From the IMG/VR virus record IMGVR_UViG_3300016471_000863: a stretch of DNA of 64,000 nucleotides; one strand, written 5' to 3'. Both the position numbers and the translations under genes were made by a program. Origin of the DNA: a virus. Within the stretch, counting starts at the first letter, position 1, and every line of letters starts with the position of its first letter. Positions 17,388 to 27,699 of the stretch are shown in pieces. Below the pieces are notes generated by a model. That model ran no database searches, was not told the DNA's origin, and saw only the letters and a program-made list of their open reading frames with translations.

Positions 17388-18368
17388 TCAGAACATATCA
17401 TCAAAATTTACAACGCCACGGCTATAATCAGTTGGTTTAATGGCGAAGAAATCATCAAGTCTAACTCCAGCGCCGATAGCATCAAACCATTCCATACGCT
17501 TCAATGCTTCCTTATCTACATTCTTCCAGTTTTGTTTTAAACCGAGTTTTCCAAGTTGCATATTTGCACGGTGACGAATGAAATCTTTTAAATCTTCCTT
17601 GGTAAGACCTTCAATATTACCATGTTCAAAAACTCTATCAATAAAGTTATCTTCTAAAGCCACAGTATCTCTTGCTGCTTGATAGATTTCTTTTTTGAAC
17701 TCGTCGGTCCAGATTTCCGGATTTTCTTCAACAAATGTTCTAAACAAATAACAACCAAACTCCGAATGTAAGGTTTCATCCTTTATGCTCCATGTAACAA
17801 TTTGGCTCATGCCTTTCATCTTATTATAACGAGAGAAATGCAGGAGAACAGCAAATGAAGAGAAAAGAGAAACGCCTTCTGTAAAAGCAGAGAATACGGC
17901 AAGAGACTTAGCCATCGTCATCTTCTTTTCTGTGGTCATATCCGTTGTATCAATATTACCAGTTTCTACAAGACGATCAATCTTTGCCTTAATGGTTGGC
18001 TCTGCAAGAAAAGCTTCATAATCGGCAAATCCAAGAGTTTCGTCAAGTAGGGAATAGGCTTGAGTGTGGATGGTTTCAAAAGAAGCCATAGTTGTAGCAG
18101 CCATTACAACTTCTGGATGCTGGAACCAACGAGCAACTTTACCTGACCAATAATCATTAACAAATATTTCGGTTTGAGTAAATCCCTTTAGAATGCCGCC
18201 AATGATTGATTTCTCTGAGGGAGTAAGGTTCATATTCCAATCAAGAAGGTCTTGATTAAGAGTAACCTCAGAAGAGAGCCAATGTGCTTGCTGTTGTTTT
18301 AACCAATAGTCATAAGCTGGTTGATATAAGAATGGTCTATAATTGATGCGACGTTCTAGTAGAGTCAT
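17388..18368 (-). CDS. nrdB: Ribonucleotide reductase beta subunit
   Basis: FTQTE, ETIHTQAY, FTEGVSLFSSF, DETLH and DFF...DY tail. Adjacent to nrdA. Confidence 0.97.
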   Translation of the reverse strand: MTLLERRINYRPFLYQPAYDYWLKQQQAHWLSSEVTLNQDLLDWNMNLTPSEKSIIGGILKGFTQTEIFVNDYWSGKVARWFQHPEVVMAATTMASFETIHTQAYSLLDETLGFADYEAFLAEPTIKAKIDRLVETGNIDTTDMTTEKKMTMAKSLAVFSAFTEGVSLFSSFAVLLHFSRYNKMKGMSQIVTWSIKDETLHSEFGCYLFRTFVEENPEIWTDEFKKEIYQAARDTVALEDNFIDRVFEHGNIEGLTKEDLKDFIRHRANMQLGKLGLKQNWKNVDKEALKRMEWFDAIGAGVRLDDFFAIKPTDYSRGVVNFDDMF

Positions 18369-18416
18369 AATTTACCTTATTCGTGTGATTATTAAGTGCC
18401 TGATATTAAAAGTATT

Positions 18417-20891
18417 TCAACGATCATTTTTTCTCTGCATTTCTTTGAATCTTCTTCTTAAGAATTTCATAGAATCTTCTGAAACCTCTTCGTCTTCTGT
18501 GGAAATATTTCTTATTTCATCTTCTGATATTACCCTTAGTATTGATTTGCCTGTATCAAGATGAATATGATATTTTACTCCATCCACACCGGCACGATTT
18601 TTAGCCACGAAAATATTTCCATAACCAGTTGATTTATCAACAGACTTCCTTGAAAGACCAAGAATAAAATCCGCTACGTGAGCTTGTCCATAGGCTTCAG
18701 CCATATTGGTCAAATCTACTACATCTTTATCTGCACCTTCTTTATTAGATTGAGAAGCGGTCCAAATTGGAACATCTAATTCATTAGCTAATGAACGCAA
18801 TTCTTCGTAAACCTTTTTCAATTCAAGACGAAGAAGTTCATACTTTTCTGTTGATCGCATGATACCAGCGTAATCAATAAGGATCAAATCTGGACGGAAT
18901 TTTTCTTGAATACCTAATTTTTCTACGTGCGATCTAATTGTATTTACTGTTGCAGAACCGGTTGGATAATATTTCACTTTTAATCTACCAATATTTTCTA
19001 CATTTCCTTCATAAAACTTCTTGATTTTTTCTCTTTGTTCGTAGCAATCTGTAGAATTTATTTCTAGTAAATGAGAATCAAAACGAACACCTATTGCTCT
19101 TTCGTTCAATTCATAGCTGTAATAAAGCACATTCTTACCTTGTTTTAAGGCTTGAGCACCTAAATGAACTAATACATGTGATTTTCCTGTATTATGATGA
19201 ACCATAAAATCTCCGGTAAGATATAAGTGATCATCAGTAAGTGCAAAACCATAAAAATTATCTTCTGGCAATTCTTGAATCAAGAATCCAGTTAAGAGTA
19301 CATTTTTCTTTTGATTTCTATCGTGGCATTGTTTCCTTGAAAGTCTTGAAGGAATAATGTGGGTATTTCCAGAGATGGTCACTCGCCAATATTGTTCATC
19401 ATTTACAACTTTATTGGCAATATTTGCCACAAGCCCAAGACTTCTAGTAATGAATTGAACGTCTTCAGCTAACTGTTTTGATTTCGAAACATATTCATAA
19501 CAATTATGGCTACGGTGCCCATCTGTATCAATCAAGCCTGCAAGAAGCTCAAGACGATCTTTTCTTGGAGCACACTTATAAACATATGGAATGAATTTAT
19601 TCCCTGAATTCGCATCTATCAATCCAAGTAAATTTAAAGCATTTTTTACATGGTTTTCCCCTGTGGTTCCAAGTTCCTTTTCTCCTTTTATTACATAATA
19701 ACCAATAGCTTTGCTGTCTTTTTTCGTATGAACGGATACTTCATTTCCCATTTTTTGTACTTCATTTATAAATTCTGAAGCAATTTCTGCATCGGCAGTG
19801 GTTAATTCAATACGTTTTTCCGATACCCATCCATCGCCAAGCAATAATCCTAATACGTAAGGGGAAATGCCAGTTGGTGATGGGCGTTCAAACTCTACTC
19901 CAGTTCTCCATAACTTGTGGCAATGTTTGAATGTTTTACTTTCAGTTATATAATCCTTTACAGTTATATTGATTGTAGAGCCAGCTAAAGAAGTTCCATC
20001 ATTTGTTCTTTTAAGTGAAAGAATGTGGTTCTCATTAACTACAAAGCTTTCTCCTTTTGTCGGTGTTATTTGATACATTTTCTCTTTGCCACGGGCTAAT
20101 TGCAAAACAGTTCTTGGTTTGCTATCTGGTCCCATTAACCGATCTCCCACAACAACGTCTTCTACTTTTTTAGTTGAACCATCATGCATAAGAATTAATG
20201 TTCCTTTTGCATGACACCCTGTAGGTGCTATGACTACTCCTAATTCACCGGCTCCAAGACCACCATTAAGAATTTTTCTTTGATCTAGTTCCATGACACC
20301 GGTAGCTACTGTTTTACGGAACGTTTCACTGTATCTTGCATCAACATCTGAAAAAAGATCAAGACCTGGAGTATTGCTATTACCGGCAGTAATAGCATTT
20401 TTGATTAGGTCAACAATCTTTTCATATTTTTCTGTTTCAAGAAGGTCTACAGATTGTTCTAACGCCTTTTGTAATCCAACTTTCTTACAAAAGTCTAGAG
20501 ATTTATCTTTCACATATCCTAGATCCCCTAAATCTTCATTATCTTGAACTTTTACAAGAAAGGATTTTATCTGTTCTCGTAGAAGGGAATCTTTGTCTGA
20601 TTTTAGTTTATCCTTAAGAATATTAAGCAATAATTCAAAAGAAGGAAATTCTTTGTATTTTGTATGATATTGAAAATATTCGAAAGCAATTAATTTAAGA
20701 TATGGAAATTGAAAATAATTTACATCTAGAACTTCTGAGAACTGAGAAGCCCAAAGCCGATCTACGAGACAAGCCTGTACTATTTTTTCCTGGAAGCTTT
20801 TATCGAAAGAAAAGACTTTGTTTTGCTGTGATTGCTGTTGGATTTCTTTTTCAAGAATTTGTTTCTCTGCTACCGCACTCATTGTATTCAT
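18417..20891 (-). CDS. dnaB: Replicative DnaB/gp41-like helicase with intein (about 482 aa spliced)
   Basis: Walker A APTG|TGKS, YSYEL, ILIDYA, WTASQSN and KNR motifs. Confidence 0.93.
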   Translation of the reverse strand: MNTMSAVAEKQILEKEIQQQSQQNKVFSFDKSFQEKIVQACLVDRLWASQFSEVLDVNYFQFPYLKLIAFEYFQYHTKYKEFPSFELLLNILKDKLKSDKDSLLREQIKSFLVKVQDNEDLGDLGYVKDKSLDFCKKVGLQKALEQSVDLLETEKYEKIVDLIKNAITAGNSNTPGLDLFSDVDARYSETFRKTVATGVMELDQRKILNGGLGAGELGVVIAPTGCHAKGTLILMHDGSTKKVEDVVVGDRLMGPDSKPRTVLQLARGKEKMYQITPTKGESFVVNENHILSLKRTNDGTSLAGSTINITVKDYITESKTFKHCHKLWRTGVEFERPSPTGISPYVLGLLLGDGWVSEKRIELTTADAEIASEFINEVQKMGNEVSVHTKKDSKAIGYYVIKGEKELGTTGENHVKNALNLLGLIDANSGNKFIPYVYKCAPRKDRLELLAGLIDTDGHRSHNCYEYVSKSKQLAEDVQFITRSLGLVANIANKVVNDEQYWRVTISGNTHIIPSRLSRKQCHDRNQKKNVLLTGFLIQELPEDNFYGFALTDDHLYLTGDFMVHHNTGKSHVLVHLGAQALKQGKNVLYYSYELNERAIGVRFDSHLLEINSTDCYEQREKIKKFYEGNVENIGRLKVKYYPTGSATVNTIRSHVEKLGIQEKFRPDLILIDYAGIMRSTEKYELLRLELKKVYEELRSLANELDVPIWTASQSNKEGADKDVVDLTNMAEAYGQAHVADFILGLSRKSVDKSTGYGNIFVAKNRAGVDGVKYHIHLDTGKSILRVISEDEIRNISTEDEEVSEDSMKFLRRRFKEMQRKNDR
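19191..20216 (-). mobile_element. Helicase intein with LAGLIDADG endonuclease (342 aa)
   Basis: CHAKGT...VHHN|T inside the P-loop. LGLLLGDG and LAGLIDTDG motifs. Confidence 0.95.
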
Positions 20892-20959
20892 AACTACTCC
20901 AGTTGAGGAACTTCTTTGAACCTAGCATATTAAAAATGTTGAATAAACTATTCTTCAAT

Positions 20960-21955
20960 TTAATGTAATAAGTTTCTTAAATCAGAACAAAATCCATCTA
21001 TGTCTAAATTGGTAGCAACACCCGCTTCTAGTAAGATTTTTATGAATGATAATTTATCCATTTTATACTCGTGGTTATCTATCGCATTATCAATTTTATT
21101 GATTTGACTAGCTGATAATGTAGATATATTGAGGTACATCAAACTCCAATTTCTTTTTATTAATTCTTCATTAATAATGATATCGTTATATATTTTAATT
21201 TGCTTTTTAGAGTTTAAATTAAGTTTTGAAATTTCTAATAAATCTGAGATCATTATATCTCTATCTTTTTCTGCAAGAATTGGAAATCTTTTAGCTATGG
21301 TCTTCCATCCTGCACCCATAATACCTTTTATATTATCGCTTTCATCTCCCACCAAAGTTTTTGCCAAACAAAAATTTTTAGGTGAAATGGAATATTTTTT
21401 CAATATTTTCTCTTCATTGATCAGTGATTTGGTTACCAGATCATATATTTCTACTGAACAATCGTCTAAAAGCTGAATAAAATCCTTGTCTGAGGATACT
21501 ATTATCTTTTTGGCGCTTTCATTTACTAATTTTCCTCGAATTAGATACCCTATGATATCATCGCATTCAGTTTCAGAAACAAAAATTTGATGTATTGGCG
21601 TTGTTTTTAATAATTTTGATAATAACAAAAGTTGATTTAGTTTCGTTTCTTCATCTAATCTTAAGACATCTTTCATGTCTCCCATACCAGATTTATATTT
21701 GGTAAATTCTTTTACTTTACCACGATTGCATTTATATTCTGAATATATTTTTTTTCTTCTTGGGGAAGGTCCGCCTGCCTCCCATATGACAAAAATTTTT
21801 TGTGGAGAAAATTTTTCTAAAAAAATGTTAATTCCTTTTAAAAATCCAATAACTCCACCTATCGGTTCTCCTTTGTCGTTTATTTCTTCATTTGCCATAA
21901 AATGGCGCAAAAAAAAATTAAAACCATCAATTAAAATTATGGGTCTTTTTTCCAT
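20960..21955 (-). CDS. 5'-3' exonuclease / flap endonuclease (T4 RNase H-like)
   Basis: ILIDG, YKCNR, ECDDII, SSDKDF and GDESDNIKG. Start moved to MEKRP (21955), downstream of the terminator. Confidence 0.92.
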   Translation of the reverse strand: MEKRPIILIDGFNFFLRHFMANEEINDKGEPIGGVIGFLKGINIFLEKFSPQKIFVIWEAGGPSPRRKKIYSEYKCNRGKVKEFTKYKSGMGDMKDVLRLDEETKLNQLLLLSKLLKTTPIHQIFVSETECDDIIGYLIRGKLVNESAKKIIVSSDKDFIQLLDDCSVEIYDLVTKSLINEEKILKKYSISPKNFCLAKTLVGDESDNIKGIMGAGWKTIAKRFPILAEKDRDIMISDLLEISKLNLNSKKQIKIYNDIIINEELIKRNWSLMYLNISTLSASQINKIDNAIDNHEYKMDKLSFIKILLEAGVATNLDIDGFCSDLRNLLH

Positions 21956-21973
21956 TATTTGTCCTATAAAAAT

Positions 21974-22000
21974 AAAAAAAGCCCATTTTACAGGGCTTTT
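21974..22000 (-). terminator. Rho-independent terminator
   Basis: Minus strand reads AAAAGCCC-TGTAAAAT-GGGCTTTTTTT, immediately after the 22009-22290 gene. Confidence 0.75.
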
Positions 22001-22008
22001 CTTTTGTA

Positions 22009-22290
22009 TCATTGATAACTTAAACTGTTTATTACTTTTTCTATCTTTCGGTCTAACTCTTCCAGATCTGTAGTCACATAGGCTTCTGACCATAGTTCTC
22101 CAAGATCATTCATTGTTTCTTGGGAAACATTTCTAGAAATGTCCCTCAGAACCATTGAAGCCTCGGTCCATGTATCATTAGTGTAACCTAGTTTTACTAG
22201 GTCTGAAAAATGATTGATCATTTTCAATACGATTGGATTTGGTGAATTATTATAATTTTTTACAGCCGTTACTTTCTTCTTTTTTCCCAT
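22009..22290 (-). CDS. Hypothetical protein
   Basis: 93-aa ORF with its own upstream intergenic region and downstream terminator. Confidence 0.7.
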   Translation of the reverse strand: MGKKKKVTAVKNYNNSPNPIVLKMINHFSDLVKLGYTNDTWTEASMVLRDISRNVSQETMNDLGELWSEAYVTTDLEELDRKIEKVINSLSYQ

Positions 22291-22351
22291 TTTATTCTCA
22301 ATTTTGTGTGTTAAAGGTTTAATATATATTGTAGCCTGTCAAAGATTAGAT

Positions 22352-22870
22352 TTAAACTTCAAATCCATCAATCAAAAGTTTCTCATATTCAACTTCTACT
22401 TTAATTTGATTCCATGGATTTTCTTCCGTTCCATCTGCTTCGTATGATAGTGTACCAAAATCAATTCCAGCAATCCTTGCGTTCAGAAAAGTCCACGTAG
22501 ACTGAACCTGCCCTTCAGCATCTATATGATGTAGATTTAATTTTTCAATACCATTTTTAGCAGCTTTTACAATAGATAATGGTTCATTAGGCTTCGTTAC
22601 ATAATGTAAATCAAAAGCAATTGAACTTTTGTCTTTTATTTTTTGCTCATTAGAATTAATACTTTTTGTAAAAAGTAATTTTGGCATTGTAACATTACAT
22701 ACTGCCCAAGGCTCGCAAATGTTAGTTTCAATAATAAACTTATTTGTTGATGGATCTAGGTCTACCGCAACTTGTTCTTCTTTAACAATTGGTAATTGTT
22801 TTTTAACTAAAGTTTTAGTTGGAGGTTTTTTTGGTTTTTGCTTTATTTGTATTTCTTCTGTTTTTTTCAT
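22352..22870 (-). CDS. Divergent tail-tube (T4 gp19-like) paralog
   Basis: NKFIIE...MPK and DAEGQVQSTWTFLNARIAGIDFGTLSY...IKVEVEYE resemble the gp19-family pattern G..v..W.l..a.....fg.L.......i.v.l.yd. Confidence 0.55.
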   Translation of the reverse strand: MKKTEEIQIKQKPKKPPTKTLVKKQLPIVKEEQVAVDLDPSTNKFIIETNICEPWAVCNVTMPKLLFTKSINSNEQKIKDKSSIAFDLHYVTKPNEPLSIVKAAKNGIEKLNLHHIDAEGQVQSTWTFLNARIAGIDFGTLSYEADGTEENPWNQIKVEVEYEKLLIDGFEV

Positions 22871-22871
22871 A

Positions 22872-25800
22872 TCAAATCCTTACATGAGATTCAAGACCGT
22901 CATTTTTAATTTCTATTATTTTATCCACAATTTCTTTTACTTGATTCACATGAGAAATCAATAGAATTGTTCTAAAGTGGTTTTTTAGCGAAATAAACAA
23001 TTCCATGCATCGATTTATATTGTCTTCGTCTAATGTACCCCATCCTTCGTCAACAATAAACATATCAGGACGAGGAAGACTAGAAATGTTTAATAATGCT
23101 ACCCTCAAGGCTATTGAACAAATCATTTTTTCCATGCCAGAAGCAAGTTCTATTACTCTTTTAGAATGTTCATCTTGAATAAAGACATCCATAGCATTGC
23201 TGTTTACATCCATCTCTAAAATAATCTTGAAGTTAACAACTCCACTTAATATTTTTTCTAATTCAGAATTTAAAGTGGGTAATTGCGTTTTCAATACAAT
23301 AGAAGGTATTCCTGTTTTGCTAAATGCACTTAATATTGCATCGTAAGTTTTAAGTCTTTCGATTAACACTCTTCCTTCATTTTGTTCTTTTTTTGTTTTT
23401 TCTAAAAATTCAGATTTAGCACCAATCTTTATTAGATTTTGCTTTATAGAAGATTCTAATAGTTTTATTTTGGTATATAAAGAACTGACAATTTCTTGTC
23501 GTCTCTCAGCTTCTGCTTGCATTTCTTCAGTTGTTCTCGATCTTATATCCTGTAATTTTACTTTGTCTTCTGCCAGTTTCAATGAAATAAAACTTTTTTG
23601 ATCTGCTATCAAATCTAATTTTGATAAATTCGAATTAAGATCGCTTTCTATTGACTTTATTCTCTGCTCATTTAAATTAAATTCATTTAGCTTTTCATTA
23701 ATTTTTTCTTGTAGGAGAAGTTGGAGAGTAGAATCAAGCTCTTGAATGGTTGTTTTTATTTTTTCTACTTCTTTTAACTGTTTCTTAACGTTTTTCTTGT
23801 CTTCGTGGGAATCTTTGATAAAGTGACATGTTGGAAACGAATCACCGCAAGGAACTATTTCTAATTTTTTAATAGATTTTGTTTGATTTTCTAAAATTAA
23901 AGTTTCTCTTGATAATTTCGGCTTATTCTCAAGTAATAACTTTTTTAATTCATCAAGTTTAGAAGCCTTTTCTGCCAACTCTTCTATATTAATTTCTGAA
24001 TTAGACTTTTTAAGATCTTTAATTTGTTGCTTCATAGATGTTGTTTTTTTCAACAACAATTCTTCATTTGTTTCTAATGAAGAAATTTCAGAAGACAATT
24101 TAGTTATATTATTTTGTAATTTTACAAGATCAACATTTTCTATTTGTTGTTGATTTTTTGCAAACCATAACTTATGCAATTCAATAGTTTCTTTAGAATT
24201 TAGTATTTCTTTTTCTTGATCCTCTACTAATTTCTCCAAGAAGTCTATTTCTTCAAATATTTTATTTAACGTTAAAGACCAATCTTTAGAATTATATTCT
24301 TTAGTTCTATCATTTATTATCGAATAATCTTCTTTGCACAAAGAATGCAATTTTTCAAATAAATCTAAATTAAGAAATTTAGATAATATTGCTTTTCGTT
24401 GCGTTGCTCCTTCGTTAATGAATTTATTCATATCTCCTTGAGAAGACAAGGCTGTTAATAGGAAATCATTTGATGTGCCTATTAACTTTTTAATTTCTCT
24501 ATCTGTTTCTTCTCTAGAAATCGAATTACATTCAATTTTTTTATCATTTTCTAAACGATAAAGATTTAGCGTTGTTACTGTTTTATCATCATCTTTTTGT
24601 TTTTTACTTATTACTCTAGATGTTTGTCTTCTTGCAAGATAATTCGTATTATCTACATTAAATGTAACATCAACAGAGCAATTAGTTTTATTTTTATTAA
24701 TAATATATGAAGCTTTTACTGGACCACGATCAGTGGTGTTGAATAGCCCATACATTAACGATCCAATAATAGAACTTTTACCTGTTTTATTAGGTCCAAA
24801 AATACCAACGATACCTTCTAAATTTTTAAAATCTATAGAATTTTTTTCACCATATCTGAAAATATTATTAAACTCCAGAGATTTAACAGTCCAGGATACG
24901 TTTCTATGTAAAAGATCTGGTTCTTGTAAATTAACTTGCTTTAAGTAATCCTTAATTTTTTCTTGAGCAATAGCTAATTGTTCTTTAGTTAAAGTAAGAT
25001 TCTCTTTGTGTGCATCTAGATACTGAAGAAATAATTCTTGTATACCATCTACATTTGTTTTTAGATTTGTTTTTGATAACGATAATCCACCTTCTGTATT
25101 AATAGTATCAAGTCGATTAATAAATTCATATTTAAAAGTAACTTCATCAGCTTTTCTATTTTCTTTTAATTCATTTATTAATTGTTTAGTTTCTATCTGA
25201 GATAGAGCTTGAGAAGAGCTTATACGATATCTGGTTCCTGGTAAGAATGCATTTTCTTTTCTTTCAACAGCAATATTTTGTATTGTATCAAAAATGTTAT
25301 TCATCCATGGAATTGTAATGAAAGGCATTCTATTTTCTAATTGATGAAAATTGACATCCCAATCATTTTTTTCTCTTATATCCCAAACTAAAAATCCTTT
25401 AGTTTCTATTTCTCCAAAATTTTGCTGAATAAGGGAACCAGGATATGCTGCCCATGGCTTTAACACTTCGTCCTTATCCATTCTTTTGGAAATCCATTGA
25501 TGTTTATGTATATCTCCCAATAATAAGAAATCAATGTTTTTAAAATAAGACAGATCGGCTTCTGCTTCAATCAAAACATATTCCTGGTCTGTTTCGCATC
25601 CTAGCATTGAACCATGAAATAACCCAATATTTATTCTTCTTGAATCTATTTGTATCTTATCCCAATTATCCTGATCAAAAGGGGAATAGATATGAAATCT
25701 AAATTTTGATGCATTTGGCAACTGTGGAAACTTGTCTTCCAAGTTAAAACTCAAAGATTGTTTACAAAGAACAGATCTAGGAGGTCTTATTGCATCGAAG

Positions 25801-26093
25801 ATAGGGGAAATGATATCTTGCCTATCGTTATTAGATAGATTTCCATCATGATTTCCAAGTATCGTAATTGATGGTGCAATTTCATCTAAACTTCTAAACA
25901 TCCAAGTTAATTTTTCAATTACTTCTGGCGTAATCCCCTGTGTCTTTGTATGAAATGAATCGCCAGTATTTATGATTAAATCTGGATTTAAATCTTTTAT
26001 CTGTTTATAAAGACGAGTAAAAGCTTCTGTATATTCTTCGTGTCTTGATATTCCTCGCCAATGAATATCGCTTATTTGAACTATTTTACACAT
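22872..26093 (-). CDS. Fused SbcD-SbcC (Mre11-Rad50, gp47-gp46-like) recombination nuclease/ATPase
   Basis: N-terminal SDIH, GD, GNHD, HG, GDIH and YPGS phosphoesterase motifs. Then Walker A GPNKTGKSS, coiled coil, ASGMEK signature, IVDEG Walker B and ISH. Confidence 0.93.
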   Translation of the reverse strand: MCKIVQISDIHWRGISRHEEYTEAFTRLYKQIKDLNPDLIINTGDSFHTKTQGITPEVIEKLTWMFRSLDEIAPSITILGNHDGNLSNNDRQDIISPIFDAIRPPRSVLCKQSLSFNLEDKFPQLPNASKFRFHIYSPFDQDNWDKIQIDSRRINIGLFHGSMLGCETDQEYVLIEAEADLSYFKNIDFLLLGDIHKHQWISKRMDKDEVLKPWAAYPGSLIQQNFGEIETKGFLVWDIREKNDWDVNFHQLENRMPFITIPWMNNIFDTIQNIAVERKENAFLPGTRYRISSSQALSQIETKQLINELKENRKADEVTFKYEFINRLDTINTEGGLSLSKTNLKTNVDGIQELFLQYLDAHKENLTLTKEQLAIAQEKIKDYLKQVNLQEPDLLHRNVSWTVKSLEFNNIFRYGEKNSIDFKNLEGIVGIFGPNKTGKSSIIGSLMYGLFNTTDRGPVKASYIINKNKTNCSVDVTFNVDNTNYLARRQTSRVISKKQKDDDKTVTTLNLYRLENDKKIECNSISREETDREIKKLIGTSNDFLLTALSSQGDMNKFINEGATQRKAILSKFLNLDLFEKLHSLCKEDYSIINDRTKEYNSKDWSLTLNKIFEEIDFLEKLVEDQEKEILNSKETIELHKLWFAKNQQQIENVDLVKLQNNITKLSSEISSLETNEELLLKKTTSMKQQIKDLKKSNSEINIEELAEKASKLDELKKLLLENKPKLSRETLILENQTKSIKKLEIVPCGDSFPTCHFIKDSHEDKKNVKKQLKEVEKIKTTIQELDSTLQLLLQEKINEKLNEFNLNEQRIKSIESDLNSNLSKLDLIADQKSFISLKLAEDKVKLQDIRSRTTEEMQAEAERRQEIVSSLYTKIKLLESSIKQNLIKIGAKSEFLEKTKKEQNEGRVLIERLKTYDAILSAFSKTGIPSIVLKTQLPTLNSELEKILSGVVNFKIILEMDVNSNAMDVFIQDEHSKRVIELASGMEKMICSIALRVALLNISSLPRPDMFIVDEGWGTLDEDNINRCMELFISLKNHFRTILLISHVNQVKEIVDKIIEIKNDGLESHVRI

Positions 26094-27073
26094 TATATTA
26101 TCCTTGCAATTTTACTTTTCAGCGAATACTCTACACTGAATGGGATAGCATTTCCTAAAATAGATATAAACTGCTCTGATTCCATTTCGCCTACATCAGA
26201 ATATTTTTTTGGTATTTCTAATACTCTTACGTCAATATTCCAAGAATATAATTCTTTAGCAATTTTATTTTGCTTTACTGCCGCATCTGGATCTAATGCT
26301 AATATTACAGGAGTATTATTTCTAATAATTTTTTGAAATAATAAATAATCATTATTCAATTCAGAACCTAAAATGCAAGTTGCATTTTGAGTACACTTTA
26401 TCAAATCAAATGGACCTTCAACAAGTACTAAAGGTTTTTTCCAATCAAGGATAATTTCATTAAAAATGATTGAATTGCGATTAATTGGAGGATTTACATA
26501 TTTTGGTTTTATAAACTTATTTATGCTTCTTGCAGTAAAATAATTTAAATTACCATTTTCATCAAATGAAGGAAAAATAATTCGATCCTTGTATCTTGTA
26601 TCATTTCTGCTAAATCCAAATCTCCAATACCACAGAGAACTCTCTAAATTTATATTTTTAATACCTCTGGATTTTAGATACCCGATATATCTTCGAACCA
26701 ATGGATCCTGTCTATCTGCTGTAGCTAATAATTCAAAATCAAGAGGTAATCTAATAGATTTATCTTCTTCTACATTTTCTTTTATTTCAGCAAATAATTC
26801 TTCTGATTTTAAAAATCCTTTGATATATTCTTCTGTATATACTTTGTGAAATTTTTGTAGCAGCTCTAATATGTTTTTAGATTTATAGCCGCAAATCCAA
26901 CAATGAGTTAAGAAATTATCAGTGCGTATTACTAATTTTTTCTTATCATATGTAGAATCTTTTGTTTTTTTGCAGATAGGACAAACAACGGAAATGTTCA
27001 ATCCTTGATTAGATTGAATCCCATTTCCAAAAATTTTTTCAAGAAATTCAATAACTTGTCCTCTGGTATGCAT
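26093..27073 (-). CDS. dnaG: DNA primase (zinc finger plus TOPRIM)
   Basis: CPIC...CWIC zinc ribbon, YLKSRG, RIIFP, KYVNP, LVEGPFD and LALDPDA. Confidence 0.9.
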   Translation of the reverse strand: MHTRGQVIEFLEKIFGNGIQSNQGLNISVVCPICKKTKDSTYDKKKLVIRTDNFLTHCWICGYKSKNILELLQKFHKVYTEEYIKGFLKSEELFAEIKENVEEDKSIRLPLDFELLATADRQDPLVRRYIGYLKSRGIKNINLESSLWYWRFGFSRNDTRYKDRIIFPSFDENGNLNYFTARSINKFIKPKYVNPPINRNSIIFNEIILDWKKPLVLVEGPFDLIKCTQNATCILGSELNNDYLLFQKIIRNNTPVILALDPDAAVKQNKIAKELYSWNIDVRVLEIPKKYSDVGEMESEQFISILGNAIPFSVEYSLKSKIARII

Positions 27074-27693
27074 TACTTCTTTTTTCTCTCATTCTTGTTT
27101 GTAGAATCGAGAATACACAAAGAACCATTTTGATTTAAACCATAGTTGTTTCTAGAGGACCATACCAGCCATGCATATTCAATACTATCCGTCTTGCCTC
27201 CATTGAAAGAAGGTCTATTCGGAATGACATATATATCTGGAGTATGCTCTCTAAGGTAGCTAGAACGCTCCTCAGAGCCCAGGAAGTTCAATCGCAGCAA
27301 CATGCATACATACTCAGGTTGAAGCTCTATTGCCCTTTTAATAAATTCTAATGCGGAACTAAATGGTGGATTAGTTATAATGATATTAGGATTTCCTAAG
27401 TTTAAGGAACGATTAAAGAAATCTCCAATTTGATAATTTATATTTCTTTGTTTAATCGCCTCCTCGAATCCTGATTGAATTTCCAGTCCAGTCCAAATAG
27501 GACTTGGTTGATTCTTTATACTGCAATACTCGTTTACTGCATCAACAATCGAACAATCGCCCACAGCAGGTTCAAGCCAATGAATATTAGAAGTTCTAAA
27601 GTTTACCTTTTCCAATAATCTTGTTACGCACCATTTTGGCGTTGGATAATAATCGAATGCTGGACCCTTTTTCTTTCTTTTTGTAGATGACAT
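27073..27693 (-). CDS. DNA N6-adenine methyltransferase
   Basis: DYYPTP, LEPAVGDC (SAM-binding) and IITNPPF catalytic motif. Confidence 0.88.
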   Translation of the reverse strand: MSSTKRKKKGPAFDYYPTPKWCVTRLLEKVNFRTSNIHWLEPAVGDCSIVDAVNEYCSIKNQPSPIWTGLEIQSGFEEAIKQRNINYQIGDFFNRSLNLGNPNIIITNPPFSSALEFIKRAIELQPEYVCMLLRLNFLGSEERSSYLREHTPDIYVIPNRPSFNGGKTDSIEYAWLVWSSRNNYGLNQNGSLCILDSTNKNERKKK

Positions 27694-27699
27694 AATTCC

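Noticed and set aside
4599-18368. Group I introns in thyX, nrdA or nrdB
   Set aside because: The reading frames are continuous, and the insertions are in frame with intein termini.
22310-22345. TTGACA upstream of the 22009-22290 gene as a sigma70 promoter
   Set aside because: No good -10 hexamer at 16-18 nt spacing.
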